Source of the DNA: Cyanophora paradoxa CCMP329 | Taxonomy: Eukaryota; Plantae; Glaucophyta | Direction of reading: 5' to 3' | Assembly: GCA_004431415.1 (NCBI GenBank) | Contig: QPMI01000066.1 | Coordinates: 485,154 to 549,153, forward strand | DNA length: 64,000 nt | In this document: positions 12,801 to 25,200 of the stretch, one piece after another | How the letters are laid out: each line of letters opens with the position of its first letter | How positions within the stretch are numbered: position 1 is the stretch's first letter | Notes under the pieces: model-generated | The model's database searches: none | Seen by the model: the letters and a program-made list of their open reading frames with translations, nothing else | What the model was told of the DNA's origin: nothing | Made by a program: the position numbers and the translations under genes

Positions 12801-15058
12801 CCAGAGCTAACCAACCTTCCGTCCCTTCTAGCGCCCGCCTTTCTTTCTCCGATCAAACCTAGATCTAAAGAACTCGACCAGAGCTAACCAACCTTCCGTC
12901 CCTTCTAGCGCCCGCCTTTCTTTCTCCGACCGAACCTAGATCCAAAGAACTCGACTAGAGCCAACCAACCTCCCGTCCCTTCTAGCTCCCGCCTTTCTCT
13001 CTCCGACCGAACCTAGATCCAAAGAACTCGACGTGCCTTGATTCAACCTGCCTTCCGGCCCTTCTAACTCTGGCCCTTCTAGCTTCTGCATTCTAGGCCT
13101 GGCCCTTCTATCTCTGTCCCTTCTAGATCCTGCCTCTCTGGCCCCTCTAGCTCCCGCTTTTCTCTGACGCGGGGCCCGGGGGGTACAGGAGTACAAGGAG
13201 GCGCTGCGGCGGCGGCTGAAGGAGACGGGCGGGGGCGACGTCGGCGCGAAGGTCTTCGCCGCGGCCGAGCGCCTCAAGGACATGGGCACCAAGGCGAGCC
13301 TGTTTGTTTGCTTTATCGGGAGCTAAAGATATTAGAGCCTTAGGAGCTTAGGAGATTACAGAGTCCTGCTCTAGAGTCCTGCTTATCATGCTTTAGACGA
13401 AGGCATAAAGACAAGGGCACCAAGGCGAGCCTGTTCGTTTTGTTAAGAGCCTGCCAGACGCTCGATATAAAGATACTAGAGCCTTAGGAGCTTGGGAGAT
13501 GAAGGCGCGCGCACAGAGGAAACGCACAGGGTGCAAAAAAGCTTAAAATGCTTGAGCTCACGCGTCGTGCAGGTGGTCTCCGGAGCGACGGCGGCGGTCG
13601 GCGCCGGCGCGGCGGCCGGGCAGGCCGGCGCGGGGCCCTCGGGCGGCGCCGCGGCCGCCGCGCCGTTCAGAAGATCACGTTCCAGGTACCCCCCCCCCCC
13701 AACAGAGCGGACCTCGCCCCGTCCTCACTCGATTCATTCCTTTCTTAGATGGCCGTCAACAACTGCTCCGTCTCGGCGGAGTACGTCGAGAAGGCGAGCG
13801 GCGCCCCTACCCCCCTCCCCGCCGCGTCACGGTTCGTTTAACACCTGTACCCCCCTCGCGCAGCTGCGGGGCGAGCTGGAGGCGATGGTGGACGCGCTCT
13901 TCTCGGAGGCGGCGGGCTCCTCGGAGCGAACGAAGGTGCCGCACACGCGTACCCTCCCACCCTGTTTATGTTCCCCTCTCGTCTCGAACCCGCGTCTCCG
14001 CCAGGCGCGGGCTCTGCTGGACGAGCTGAGGCAGGCCGCCACCGGCTTCACGAAGCTCGCCCAGGAGGGCATGTCCGAGGTGCGCCGTACCCCCCAACTT
14101 ATCTATCTACCGTACCCCCCCCCCGTCCGCCCCCTTACCGGGTCGTCGGCGCAGCTGTGCGGGCAGGTGACAAGTCGGATGCGGCCGCTGCTCGACGGCT
14201 TCAACCTCGTCCGCTACACCGTCGACGAGGCGCAGTTCTCCGACTACGAGGCGCGCCCGCCCGCGTACCCCCCTTCTCTCAATTGCGTAGCCCCCTCGAA
14301 CCCTCCCGGGGTACAGGTCAACGACCCCTGGGTGCACGCGTTCATCGCGGGGCTGGACCCGCTGCTGCGACCCATGCAGGCGCGCCGAGCTCGAGGAGGG
14401 GTACGGGGTTTATCCGAATCGCGCGGCCTCACACTTTCGGCGCAGGCGTCGCTGACGGGGCCGAACTACGAGGAGCTGCTGGCGCTCGTGATGCAGACGC
14501 TCGCCAAGCAGCTCGAGCAGTCGCTCTTCCAGAAGCGCTTCAACCAGGTACCCCCCTCGCTCTATTTTTTCTCTTTTTTTCGTTCGCGAACCCTGCGCGC
14601 AGCTGGGCGGGCTGCAGCTCGACCGCGAGATCCGCGCCCTCGTCACGTGCTTCTCCGAGATGACCCAGGTGCCGTACCCCCCTTGGCGGCCGCGTACCCC
14701 CCATTCCCCTCCCTCTCTGATTCCCTACCCCCGCAGCGGACGGCCCGAGACAAGTTCGCGCGGCTCACGCAGATGGCGTCGATCCTCAACCTGGAGAAGG
14801 TGCGCTGTACCCCTGCCGTCCCTCGATCGGGCGCCTGACGAGGCGTCCGGTACCCAGGTTGGGGACCTCCTGGAGTTCTGGGGGGATACCGCCGGCTCCA
14901 TGGCCTGGCGCCTCACCGTACCCGAGGTCAAGAAGGTGAGGGCGGGCGGTACCCCTTCCGCTCCGGGGTACTGCATCTGACATCGATCCCGGGTACAGGT
15001 GCTGGCGCTCCGCGTGGACTTCGCGCAGAAGGCGATCGACGCCCTCAAACTGAAGTAG
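9844..15058 (+). CDS. COG4: Conserved oligomeric Golgi complex subunit 4 (about 26 exons)
   Basis: Spliced VSGKVRELD, TSLVDEVFFVMRKSAQRA, KRFNQLGGLQLDREIR, RDKFARLTQMASILNLEKV and WRLTVPEVKKVLALRVDF. Two apparent single-base frameshifts lie in GC-rich exons (about 11290-11375 and 13575-13665). Confidence 0.93.
11950..12330 (+). repeat. Degenerate GCTTAGA(C/G)-type minisatellite in a COG4 intron
   Basis: Many copies of gcttaga/cgcttagag between the GC donor at 11917 and the acceptor near 12383. Confidence 0.75.
12733..13033 (+). repeat. 77-bp tandem repeat (about 4 copies) in a COG4 intron
   Basis: Unit tccgatcaaacctagatctaaagaactcgaccagagctaaccaaccttccgtcccttctagcgcccgcctttctttc starts at 12771, 12848 and 12925, with a partial copy at 13002. 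Confidence 0.9.
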
Positions 15059-15461
15059 CGTCCCCCCAGAAGCTCCTTGGAGCTCGAGCTCTTCTGTATT
15101 TTATCAGTGGCGTTTAATTTCGAATTCCGGCGAGCGCTTGGGGGCCATCGGGGCTGGCGCCAGCTTGGCACAGGCCATGCTCATGGGGGCGATTTCAGTC
15201 GCTTGCGCTTCGGGGCCGGGGCCGCGGGGCCGCAGGAAGAAGGTCCACTAGTACTAATACAAGAATGGGTCAATTCGCGGTCAAGCCTTGGAGCATGCCA
15301 AGTTCGGTAATTCTTTCGAATTGGTACTTTAAAATTCGATTACTAGTACTAGTACTAGTACTAGTACAAGAATGGGTCGATTCGCGGAACAGGCGACCAG
15401 ACGCCGTGGCATGGGCTGCCCCAATTGCAACCCTCGTACCCTACCCTATCTAGCCAGCCAG

Positions 15462-18400
15462 CTAGGGGTCGTGGGCGTGGGCCCTGAGCTCGAGACCCGA
15501 GGTCGAGGCGGCGCGCCCGCGGCCGGGGCCGGCGGCGATCTCGAGGGCGGCCACGGACTCGCGCCAGAGCGCCCGCCGCTCCCGCTCGATGTCGCGCGTC
15601 GCCGCCATGGACAGCGCCCTGCGCAGGCGCGTTAAACGTTCTTCGTCAAGCAGACGCCGCAGATCTAGAGAGAAAGCGAAGAGACGGAGCGGAACGCATG
15701 CGCACAGGAAGCAGGCGGAGGTGGTGAGGAGGCGGGTGCCGCGGTCGATGACGGCGAAGACGGCGGCGAAGGAGGCGAGCCAGCAGGCGAGCCAGCCCAG
15801 CGCGAAGGCGAAGCGGACCCGCAGCGTCACCAGGCACAGCGGCACCGAGTTCGACAGCAGCACCAGCGCCCACCTGCGAAACCCGCATCAGGCGATTTTT
15901 GTGTAGCTTATACAATTAATATTAAATATCGTGAAGCTCAATGAGCCCTTAAAGCAAAAGCGGGCACCAGAGCGCCGTGTCCTCGCGGGAGGGGTGTAGC
16001 CTGCCCCCCGGGAGCTGCCCGAGCAGCGCCATGCAGCTCGCGCTCGCAGCGACCGCCGCCAGCGTCACCGCCCACTGCGCACGCGCGCGCGGGCCTCAGG
16101 GGGGTCCGGCGGGCGGGCCGGCCGCGGGGGGAGCTCGCGCTCGAGCTCGAGGCCTAGCTATAGGCCTACGGGCCCGCCCGTGCACCTGGTGGACCCACTT
16201 CCGGGCGTAGAAGCCCTCCCAGAGGCGCCGCGGGACCGCCGAGAGTAGGACGGCCGCCCCGGGTACGACTCCCCCGATGAGGATGCCGATGACCTGCAGG
16301 GGGAAATGTGGATGGGGGGGGGAGGGGAAGGGGGGGGGTAGGCCCTGCCCACCTTGGAGGCCTCGCCAGGGTTCGAAGCCTTGCGGGACCGGTTCCAGAG
16401 GATGACGGAGGACTGCGGAGAGGGGGAATTTGGAGAGGCTGATCGATATCGAGCGCTAGCGGATCGAATAGATCTACAGCGCTGAACAAGGAGCACAGCC
16501 TCGAATTATAAATTAAATAGAGACCAAGCGTTATATCTAGACCTATATCAGGACATCGACTACTGTACTAGTACTCTAACCGTTGAACGCCATGCAATGA
16601 TCGGATCGGCGCGCGCACGACAGTGAATGCAGTGAGAAGGGCCGAGGCGTAGAGAAGCGTCCGCCGCCGCGCGTACCGCACAGACCACTGCGGCGAAGAT
16701 TGAGTCCGAATTGACGAAAATCAACGCGATATCGACATCGATGTATATGGAGGGATGAAATCGAAAGACGGGGGGGCCTGGGGGGGTACGGGGGGCCGGG
16801 GGGGGTACGGGCCACGCGGAACCCCTCCTCCTCGGTCGGGTCGGGGAACGCGAGCGTGACGCGGCGCAGCAGGCGCCGCCCCCGCGACTCCATCTCCGTC
16901 GGGCCGCCCCCGCCCCCGCCCCCGCCCTCGCCCCCGCGATCGGCCGCGGGCCTCTCGAGATCGAGCTCGTCAGCACCGGCGTCAACGCCAACGCTCCGGG
17001 GAGCCAGGGGCCCGTCGACGTCGACGTCGACAACACCGTTCTCGACCTCTCCGCGCGTGCGCGTCCCCTTGGGGACGGCGGCGTCGGGCTCCGAGGGGGG
17101 GAGGCCTAGGGGAGGCAGGGGGAAGACTTGGCGGAGGCCAAGGGGAGGGGGCTCCAGCTCGACGGGGACAGCGAGCGAGCCAGTGCGCCGCATGCGGCCC
17201 CGCGCGAAGCGCGCCGCGTACCGCTGGGCGTCCTGCGAAGACGTCGACGCGCACGAGTCAGAAGGATTCCTTCGAAAATAACCGTTGAACTGCAGCTGGT
17301 GATTACATATGCAAGATCTAGAGGGGTATCGACGGCGGGCGCGCCTCGCGTTCGCGGAGGTAGCTCGTGGCGATAGCGATGACGCACGACATTCCCAGAG
17401 AGATGCCGGTCTGAGAGAGGGGGGGGGAATGGGGGGTGAGATGAAGGGGGGAGGCGGGGGGGGGGGAGGGGGGGGGGGGCGGGAAGGGGTGGGGAGACAT
17501 ATTCTTGACCGGCCTAGAAGACCCCGGGCCCGGGGTGCCCTGCCCCCCCCCCCCTCCCCTCCTCCCCCCCTCCGCCCCCCGCCGCCCCTCCCCCCTCCGC
17601 CCCCTCCGCCCCCCCCCTCCTCCCCCCCCCCCCCACCCCCCCACCCCCCCGCCCCAGTGCGCACCGCGATGCCCACGTCGACCTTAAAAGGATTTGGGGT
17701 GGCGTTCACCTGCCGGTACCAGTGCCCCGTCAGCTCGAGCGGGGCCGGGGCCGGCCCTGCGCCCGCGGGCCGGCCGCGGCCGCGGGGCCGAAGATGACAG
17801 TAGATCAAAGATTTGTAGATATAGCTAGATGATCTAGATGACAAGGCTGTACATGTGAATGTGAGGGGGCACCTTGAGGGGAAGATAGTAGGCATACATA
17901 GCCACCGCAACAACGACCTGAGGGCGGGGCGGGGCGCTGGTCATGGGGCCGGGAGGGCCGGGCAAGTTCTAAAGGCCGAGCCTCGGAGAATCGAAGCGGT
18001 GGGGGTACCTGAATCCGCCAGCGCGAGGCGCCCGCTACGCCGATGCCCCAGAACCAGATGGGAGGGCCAGGCTGCGGGGCGGGGACCGGATCCGGAGTTA
18101 GCTATAGGGAGCGGAGGCGATCGCGAGGGGAGCTGATAAGAACCGATGTCTGGGCGAATTCGAAGCGCTAGGAGCGAAGGCACGCACCTCGTCCGAAATA
18201 TCGCCGGAGAGGTGCCCGGGCCTGCGCGTGCGGCGCATGCGGCGGTTGGGGTACTTGTGGCGCCGGCGGCGGGCGGCGGGCGAATCCGGAGATCTAGAGA
18301 GGGCGAGTTCGAAGGCTCGTAGCGCACCCGTCCCACCAGTCCCCTGCGGGCCAGAGGAAGGAGAGGAAGAGCATGTAGGAGGTGACGACTGTTTACATTG

Positions 18401-18988
18401 TCCGCAGCCCAAGTTAAGCCATTCGCATATTAGTTCGACGAACGCCGCAGAGGAGGAGCTCGAGCTCGAGCTCGAGGGGCCGCTCACCGCCGAAGAGGAA
18501 CCAGTGTCTGAAGAGCGGGAAGCGGCGCCAGCGCGAGGCGAGCAGGGCGATGACGAGGGCGCCGACCGCCGCAAAGTTGTGGAACCACGCTCTGCGCGGC
18601 GGGCCGGGAGGGGCGACCTCAGCCGCGCGCGGGGCCGGGGGTGCTTATATTATGATACGCATACGTATACGGCCAAGAAACCATGCATATGATAATGACT
18701 AAGATCAGCGCACATCCAGTGCCGGAGGAGGCCGCCCGGCTCCGTGTAGTCGCCCACGGCGTTGAAGGACAGCACGAAGATGCCGACGATCAGAAGGCTG
18801 CGCTGCAGTCCGAGCCTTCCGTCTATCATGAATTGCTCCAGCGTCGGTTGCAGCTGGCAATGGGCGGCAGACAGCAGCCGCTGGCCATGGCCATGCATTT
18901 GGACTGCAGCTGCCGGGTTCGAAGGCAGCTGCGGCTGCAGCTCGCCGGAGCGCGGCGGCGAGGCCTCCAGATCGACGACAGCTGTCAT
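15462..18988 (-). CDS. Multipass membrane protein with two hydrophobic clusters resembling adenylyl-cyclase membrane anchors, no cyclase domain seen
   Basis: Many hydrophobic exons bounded by GT/AG (LLIVGIFVLSF, AVGALVIALLAS, VIGILIGGVVPGAAVLL, FALGWLACWLASFAAVFAV). The clusters end in YLREREAR and RDIERERRALW, and TLAFPDPTEEEGF precedes the second cluster. Confidence 0.55.
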
Positions 18989-19613
18989 GCCGGCCGCGGT
19001 GCCGGAGCCTCGGAGGTCTTGGAAATTCGAATGCGCCTCTGGCCCGGCGCCGGGCCGGCGGCCGTGGTTCGTTACTGTTACTGTTACTCAGATCTAGAGT
19101 CTGGCCGCGCGCCGCGCCGCCGCGGTGCTAGGGGTCCGGCCGGTCAGTCAAAATTGGGCATTATGCCATGGTCCAAGTCACAAAAGCCGGCATTATGACA
19201 TGACCATGCCGGCATGGCCAGCCGCCAAGTTGCCGGCATACCTGCAGCTGCCGGCACGAAGGCATAGCCTGTACTACGGTACCCGGCTGGTGTTCGGAAA
19301 AAAGTTCAAATTGAAGCACCGCGCGCGCGTCGCGCCAGCATAGAGAGAACTAGAGAGGTCGTAGCAGCACCGTGAGCGCCCGGTCGGCGGCGTTTGAGCG
19401 ACTCCGGGTCGGCTCCAGCACAGAGCCGCCCAACCTCGCTCTCCTCGTGGAAGCGGCCTCCGAAGCAACTGGTGAGGGTCTAGTATGTCTGCTTTCGCGT
19501 TGAAAACGCCCGCCCACGCCGCCCGCGGCCCGTGACCCGCACCCACTCGTCAGCAGAGACCGCGCCTTCGTCGGGCCATGAGGCGGTGCCGGAGCATCGT
19601 CAACCGTCATAGT

Positions 19614-21953
19614 ATGCCTTCTATCGCTCTCGGAACGCGGAGAAGAGCGCCCACGCAACCGGAGCTGCGAACGCCCGCTTCGGCTCTCACGCGGTTTGAG
19701 ATTGCTCAGCTAAACATAAAGGGACGACCGCGAGCATGACTGAAGTTCCCCAGCGTGCGCTTCTCTACCGACTTCAACCATCTGCGCCCCCCGCGCACCG
19801 GCGTCGCCCGCCGCGCCGCGTATCTTCCCACTGACCCCTCGTACTTCGCAGCTAGCGCGGTCGACTCGCCGAGCTCCGGCGCCCCGGTGGCGGCTCCCGG
19901 TCACGCCGGTGCGCATCCCTCGCCGCTCGCTTCGTCTCAGACGCATCCGCGCTGACTTTCCGACCGTCTAGTCTAGAACCGTCTCGGCGGCCGTCTCGTA
20001 CCCCGGGGCGCCTTTGCACGCCCAAAACGTCCCGATCGTAGACGGGCTCGGGACGGACGTGCGCATCCATCCCGGTTCTGGAGTGCGCCCGCGGCCGCCC
20101 GCCGACCCCGCCCGCATACGCACGCGCGCCCCCGACTTGAGCCGTTTTTAGTCTTGACCGTCGGATCCGTTGCGGGCGCAGAACCTGCTCTTCGACAAGT
20201 ACTGTCAGCACTTGTACTTCGGTGCGCCCTCGCCATGCTCCTGCCCCTAGCCCTGGGCACCCTTCCGAGGCTCTGACGGCTCTGCCCGCGTGGTTGATCT
20301 TCTGCAGCCGACACGCACTCGTGTAGCGTCCGAAGCTTCAACCTCGCCACGAGTGCGCAACTCGGGCCCGCTGCAGCCCCATCTGTGCCCCCCTCCCCCC
20401 TCTTCCCTCCCCCCCCCCCCCCTCCCCTGCCCTCCCCCGTCTCCGCCCCGGCCTCCACTCCTCCCTCTCCTCCCTGCCTCGGCTTCCACTCCGCCCCCCC
20501 CCCCCTCCCCCCGGCATTCCTCGCCCCCCACCCCACCCCCCACCCCATCCCAACCCCCCACCTTCTCCTCCCCCTCCCCTAGCCTCTCCCTCTCCCCTCC
20601 TCGCACCGTAGACTCTCGTGCTGACTTGCACGCCGCGCAGCGGAAGTAGTGACGATCGCCGGTTCGAACACATCGCCATGTGCGAACACGGAGGGGGTGG
20701 GTACGCTGGCGAATCTGAACCTGCCCCGCGGTCTGGTGAGATTGCACCCTGCGCACCTCTCTCCCGCCCTGCTCGATTTGTTTGCTCACTCATTCTGGGA
20801 ACGGCAGGCCCTCAGCGCCGATGGCGCGCAGCTCTACGTGAGCGTCTTTCATGGAATCCGCCGCATCACGCTCGCGAGTAGGTCCCCTTTCTTCCCCACC
20901 ACGTGCTTCTCCCCCTGTCCCGTACTCCCCCCCCCCCCCCGCCACCCCCCTCTCCCCCTCCCTCCCCCCTTCCGCCCTTTTCGGCCCGGGCCTGATTCGA
21001 TGCGGCGCGCAGCGGGGGCGGTGGCGTGGGTCGCTGGCGGCGAGACGGCGGGCTCGGGGGCGACCCAGATAAACGAGCCGGCCGGGATCGGATCGCCCTC
21101 ATTGACGACGACACGCTTCTGGTCGCCGAGGAAATCGCGAAGCTCGTGCGCCGCGTCACCATCTCCACGGGCCAGGCCCGCCCCGCCCCGCCCCGCCCCG
21201 CCCCGCTCCGCCCCGCGGCCTCCTGGCCTCGTCGTCGCCCTGAGCGTGGACCCCGGCTCCGCAGATGTCTGTTCTGGCGGGTAGCTACGGCTTGGCTTCG
21301 AACAGCTACGGTGATCTCTTTGAAATCATCTTAGAAAGCGCCCCCAGCAGCCGTGCATGTTCTAACGACGTCGACGCCGCGGGCAGGCCTCGGGGCGGCC
21401 GCGACGTTCGCGGACCTCTTCAAGGTATATAAACTATATTTATATGCTTTGATATATAAGTTTTAGCAGCTTGCTTATTTTCGTTTCTTAGGTGGCCTAC
21501 TGGAAGCTTAAGCCGCTGGGCGTGGCGTGCGTCACGATGCCCACGGCCGCCCCCTTCCTCCGCCCCGTCGTCGTCACGGCGTCGTCGACTCCTTCGCGGG
21601 CAGTGCGCCCCGCCAACAACCGAGCGCCGCCGCGTCGTTCGATTTCTGACATTTCTGATCATGACCTCGCCCCGCCCCGCCCCGCCTCGCCCCGCCCTGC
21701 AGCGCCGGGGGACGCGCAGCCGCTGCCCTTCACCGTGAAGGGGCCCGTCGCCTCGGCCGGCTACGTCTGCGACATCGCCTTGGACCAGATCCGGAAGCGA
21801 GCCTACCTCACCGGCTGCTTCGACGGCAAGGGAATCTACGCGCTGACGATGCGGCTGCCCCCCGAGGGGTGCTTGGCCGGCCCGACCTGCCTCGCCGTCG
21901 GCCCCGGCGCAGAAATCTCCGTGTCCGGCGGTGGCTCGATATCCGTCCTGTAG
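19614..21953 (+). CDS. NHL-repeat beta-propeller protein with a frameshift at 21085-21094 (possible pseudogene); start uncertain
   Basis: Spliced DGLGTDVRI, LYFADTHSCSVR, VVTIAGS, LNLPRGLALSADGAQLYVS and EPAGI/ALIDDDTLLVAE. TAG at 21951-21953. Confidence 0.65.
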
Positions 21954-22264
21954 CTGTGCATGTGCTCTCCACAGAGTCCACACGATAGCTCCTACAGCTA
22001 CAGCTGCCTTCGGTAGCTTTGAATTATAAGTTATTTTATCATGATTGTAAACGAATCGAAGCTCCAGAATCTGAAGCTCCAGGAGCAGCTCCAGCGTCCA
22101 GACCATCAGCCTGCGCCGCCTGCGCCGCCGGCGCAGGCATCGCTCACGGGGCCGAACTACGAGGAGCTGCTGCTGGGGCCGAAAAAATGTACAAGCACTA
22201 GTGCTAGTCAAAATCTAGCGCACTAAGGCTCAGCGGCTCGACTTTCAAGAGAACCTATATTTAA

Positions 22265-25200
22265 CTAGCTATAGCTATAGAATGCGGATGCCGCGGCACC
22301 GCGGACCGGTGCAGCAGCTACGTTTACATGTGCATGGAACAGATTGCAATTGTCCACGTCAGTTCCGGATGCCTTTTCGAGTCCCTGCGGGCGGCCGGCC
22401 CCTGCTAAGGCGCAGTAGCCGTTGGCGAGGGCGCCGACGAGGGTGTCCCAGGCAGAGGCGATCGCCGCCCGCGCCGACCCCGCCGCCGCAGGCGCGACGA
22501 ACGGCGCGGCCAGAGTGTCCTTCGAATTCGATCGCGATCGGAATCAGTATGCGTACTAGTCGTCATCATGACAGCGCTTTCTCTTCGAATAGGCAGGCTG
22601 ACCTGAAGCGGCTCCCAGAGGGCCTTCGGGAGGACGGCGTGCGCCAGCCGCGCGGGCAGGAGCAGCGCCTGCGGATTCGAAGGGCGTCGAAAGCAGAATG
22701 CAGAGGGAAAGGGGGGAGGGGGAGGGGAGGGACGCAGGCCGGGGGGGGGGGGGGGGGAGCTCGAGGAAAAAAAGAATGCAGAGGAAGGAGTGGGAGTGGG
22801 CGGGGGCCACCTGGTAGAGGGTGGGCAGGTGGGGGGCGAGGCAGGACGAGTCCGGGAGGTCCAGCAGGAAGGCGCTGTGGACGGACGCGACGACGCCGTC
22901 CACCACGATCGTGCCCTGCGCCGCGGCGATCATGATATAACGAGGTGCTCGCGGTATTCAAAGACGTGCTTTGATCATGAACGCTATAAATTAGATTTAA
23001 TTTAAATTTATTATCATGATCATCACGATCATATTAATATTAGAGGTGCAGCCACTTGCCGACGCTGTGTAGGGGTTGTAGAGCTGAGCGCGCGGCGACA
23101 CTGGTGAGCTCGATCGAAGCGCTCGGGCGAGATCGAGCGCACCCCGACGTCCTCTTCGACGGAGACCGAGGCGACGACGTCCCTCGCGAATTCGCCGCCA
23201 ACGTCGCTTCCCTCGCCCGCGCCCGCGCCCGTAAAGACGTGTACGGCGTCCCCCGGCCGCACTGCTGAGGCCTGGCGCGCGCGCGCGCGAAACCGGTATC
23301 AGGCCGTGCTTAAATTCGCTTATATAATTAAATTAAATTCGAGGCTACGTTTCAAAGCACCTTCACGAGGACCTCGGGGGCTCCGCCGCGCGAGACGGGG
23401 ACGTAGTGCTCGGCGCTGAGGCGGAGCAGCCGCCCCGTCGCCGCCGTCCGCAGCGCGACGAACGGCGAACGCGCTTCCGGGTCACGGTGCCCTTCGAATT
23501 CGTTCCGGTCAACGTTAACGCTCAGAGATTTCCGTCCAATTTCCGTCAAGAAAATGGCGTACCCCAGAGGTAGACGGGCTCGTAGGCGCGCGAGCCGTCG
23601 GGGCGCCGCACGAGCACTCGGTCGTCGGGTCCCAGCGACGAGATCCGCCTCGCCCCGACGCCCTTCGCGATGAGAGCGTGTGAGATTCAAATTTCGCAGG
23701 CAGGCGCCGGCTCGCGATCGATATCGGCATCGGCGGGACCGACCTCGACCATGACGAGGGCATTGCCGGGGAAGCTGCAGCCAGCCGGAAGAGGTCATGA
23801 TCATCGATCAGCGACATTTAGAGTAGACAGTCGACGTTTACAGATCATGGAATATATATTTACCACTTGGTGGCGATGCATTGCCTCGTGTCGGGGGGCG
23901 AGGACGGGCAGCTCCACCCCTGGTACCCCAAGCTGCAGCGAACAGTTTGCTTGCCGAATTGCCAGCTGCAGGCAGATCACAGACATGGGCCGAGCTGCAC
24001 GCACTTGGCCCACTTCCTGTCAGGGTGCCCAAGCACGGCGTGGCACGCCTTGAAGCCGCCGTGCGTGGAGCACGCGAACGTCATCTCGCAGACGTGCTCG
24101 GTCCGCTTGATGAACCACCACCAGTACTGCGAAATTTGAAGATAACTTAGTGATCATGAGTGGTAATCAGACAGCTTCAGACGATTGAAATCATTGAATG
24201 CACGAACGTCTTGTGAGTAGCACGAGTTCGCATCGTAATTCGGCGCGACGGGCTCGTACGGGATGCTGTAGCCGTTCCACCCCGAGATCTCCGTTGCGGA
24301 CGGCGAGTAGGGGGCCCCGTGGGAGAGTAGGCGGCGCTGCGGCCGCGGCGCCGGCGCGAGCGTGCTGTATAGTCCCTCGTACCGGTCGATCTCGACGAGG
24401 TCGCTGTGGCTCCTCGCCTGCAGATCGGGGCGCCTCAGACGCGTAAGGGTAAAGGGGGCGGGGGTGGAGATAGATCTAGAGCTGGGGACGGCGAAGCCGG
24501 AATCAGGTTGGAAACGCGTACGATAAGATCGATCGCGAGTTTGCAAGGCGATTTCAGATTAGAGGTCTAGATCTGGCCACGGGAACATGTACTACGGTAT
24601 GCAGCACACGTAAAAGCCACGCTGGACTCGCAACATGCACAAGCGGCACGCGCGCGTGCACATGCACCTCCAAGATAAGGCGGTGCAGGCGCGCGAGGCC
24701 CTCGGGGTCCTCCTCGGGCGCGTACCCGCCGTCCTCCTCCTGGTCGCCGACCCCCAGCAGCCGGCGGAGGCCCCGGTGCACGTCGGCTACCGCCGTGCCG
24801 TTCGCCTCGGCGTTCCGCTGCGCCTGCGCCAGTGCGGCCTGCGAAAGACGCGCGCTCGTGATCGGACATCTAACGACGTCGTGCCCACGACGAGAAATTT
24901 AAAGCCCCGCGCGCACGTCTATGATGAAGGCGTCAGCGGCGCCGGCCGGCCCTTCTACGTGGTAGCCGGTCCCTGAAAGTTCGAAGATCCCGAAGACAGG
25001 CGCGGAGGGGTCGGAGCAACTCGCGCCCGCGAAGCGGACGGCGACGGTGCCCGAGACAAGCTGCCCCGCTGCGCGACGCAGATATTCACCGAGTCAGACG
25101 CGCGAATTTCGCGAAATCAATGTCGACGTCGAAGGTCTAGAGAGGCGCACGTTCCCCCCGACCCTCATTCGGGTTTCGATGGTGGTGAAGCCCTCCGCAT

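Noticed and set aside
12733-13033. Regularly spaced repeats resembling a CRISPR array
   Set aside because: The whole 77-bp unit repeats with no unique spacers, it is intronic in a eukaryotic gene, and there are no cas genes.
11267-13667. Two frameshifts in COG4 exons as programmed frameshifting or pseudogenisation
   Set aside because: Both lie in G/C-run low-complexity linkers of an otherwise intact conserved gene, so single-base assembly indels are more likely.
1305-17690. Shared TCGACCTTAAAA at about 1308 and 17678 as transposon ends
   Set aside because: The match is only 12 nt in direct orientation, and the second copy is inside a predicted exon.
22800-23780. Hint domain as a mobile intein
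   Set aside because: It is C-terminal, interrupted by introns, has no endonuclease or His-Asn/C-extein junction, and matches the Hedgehog-type Hog pattern.
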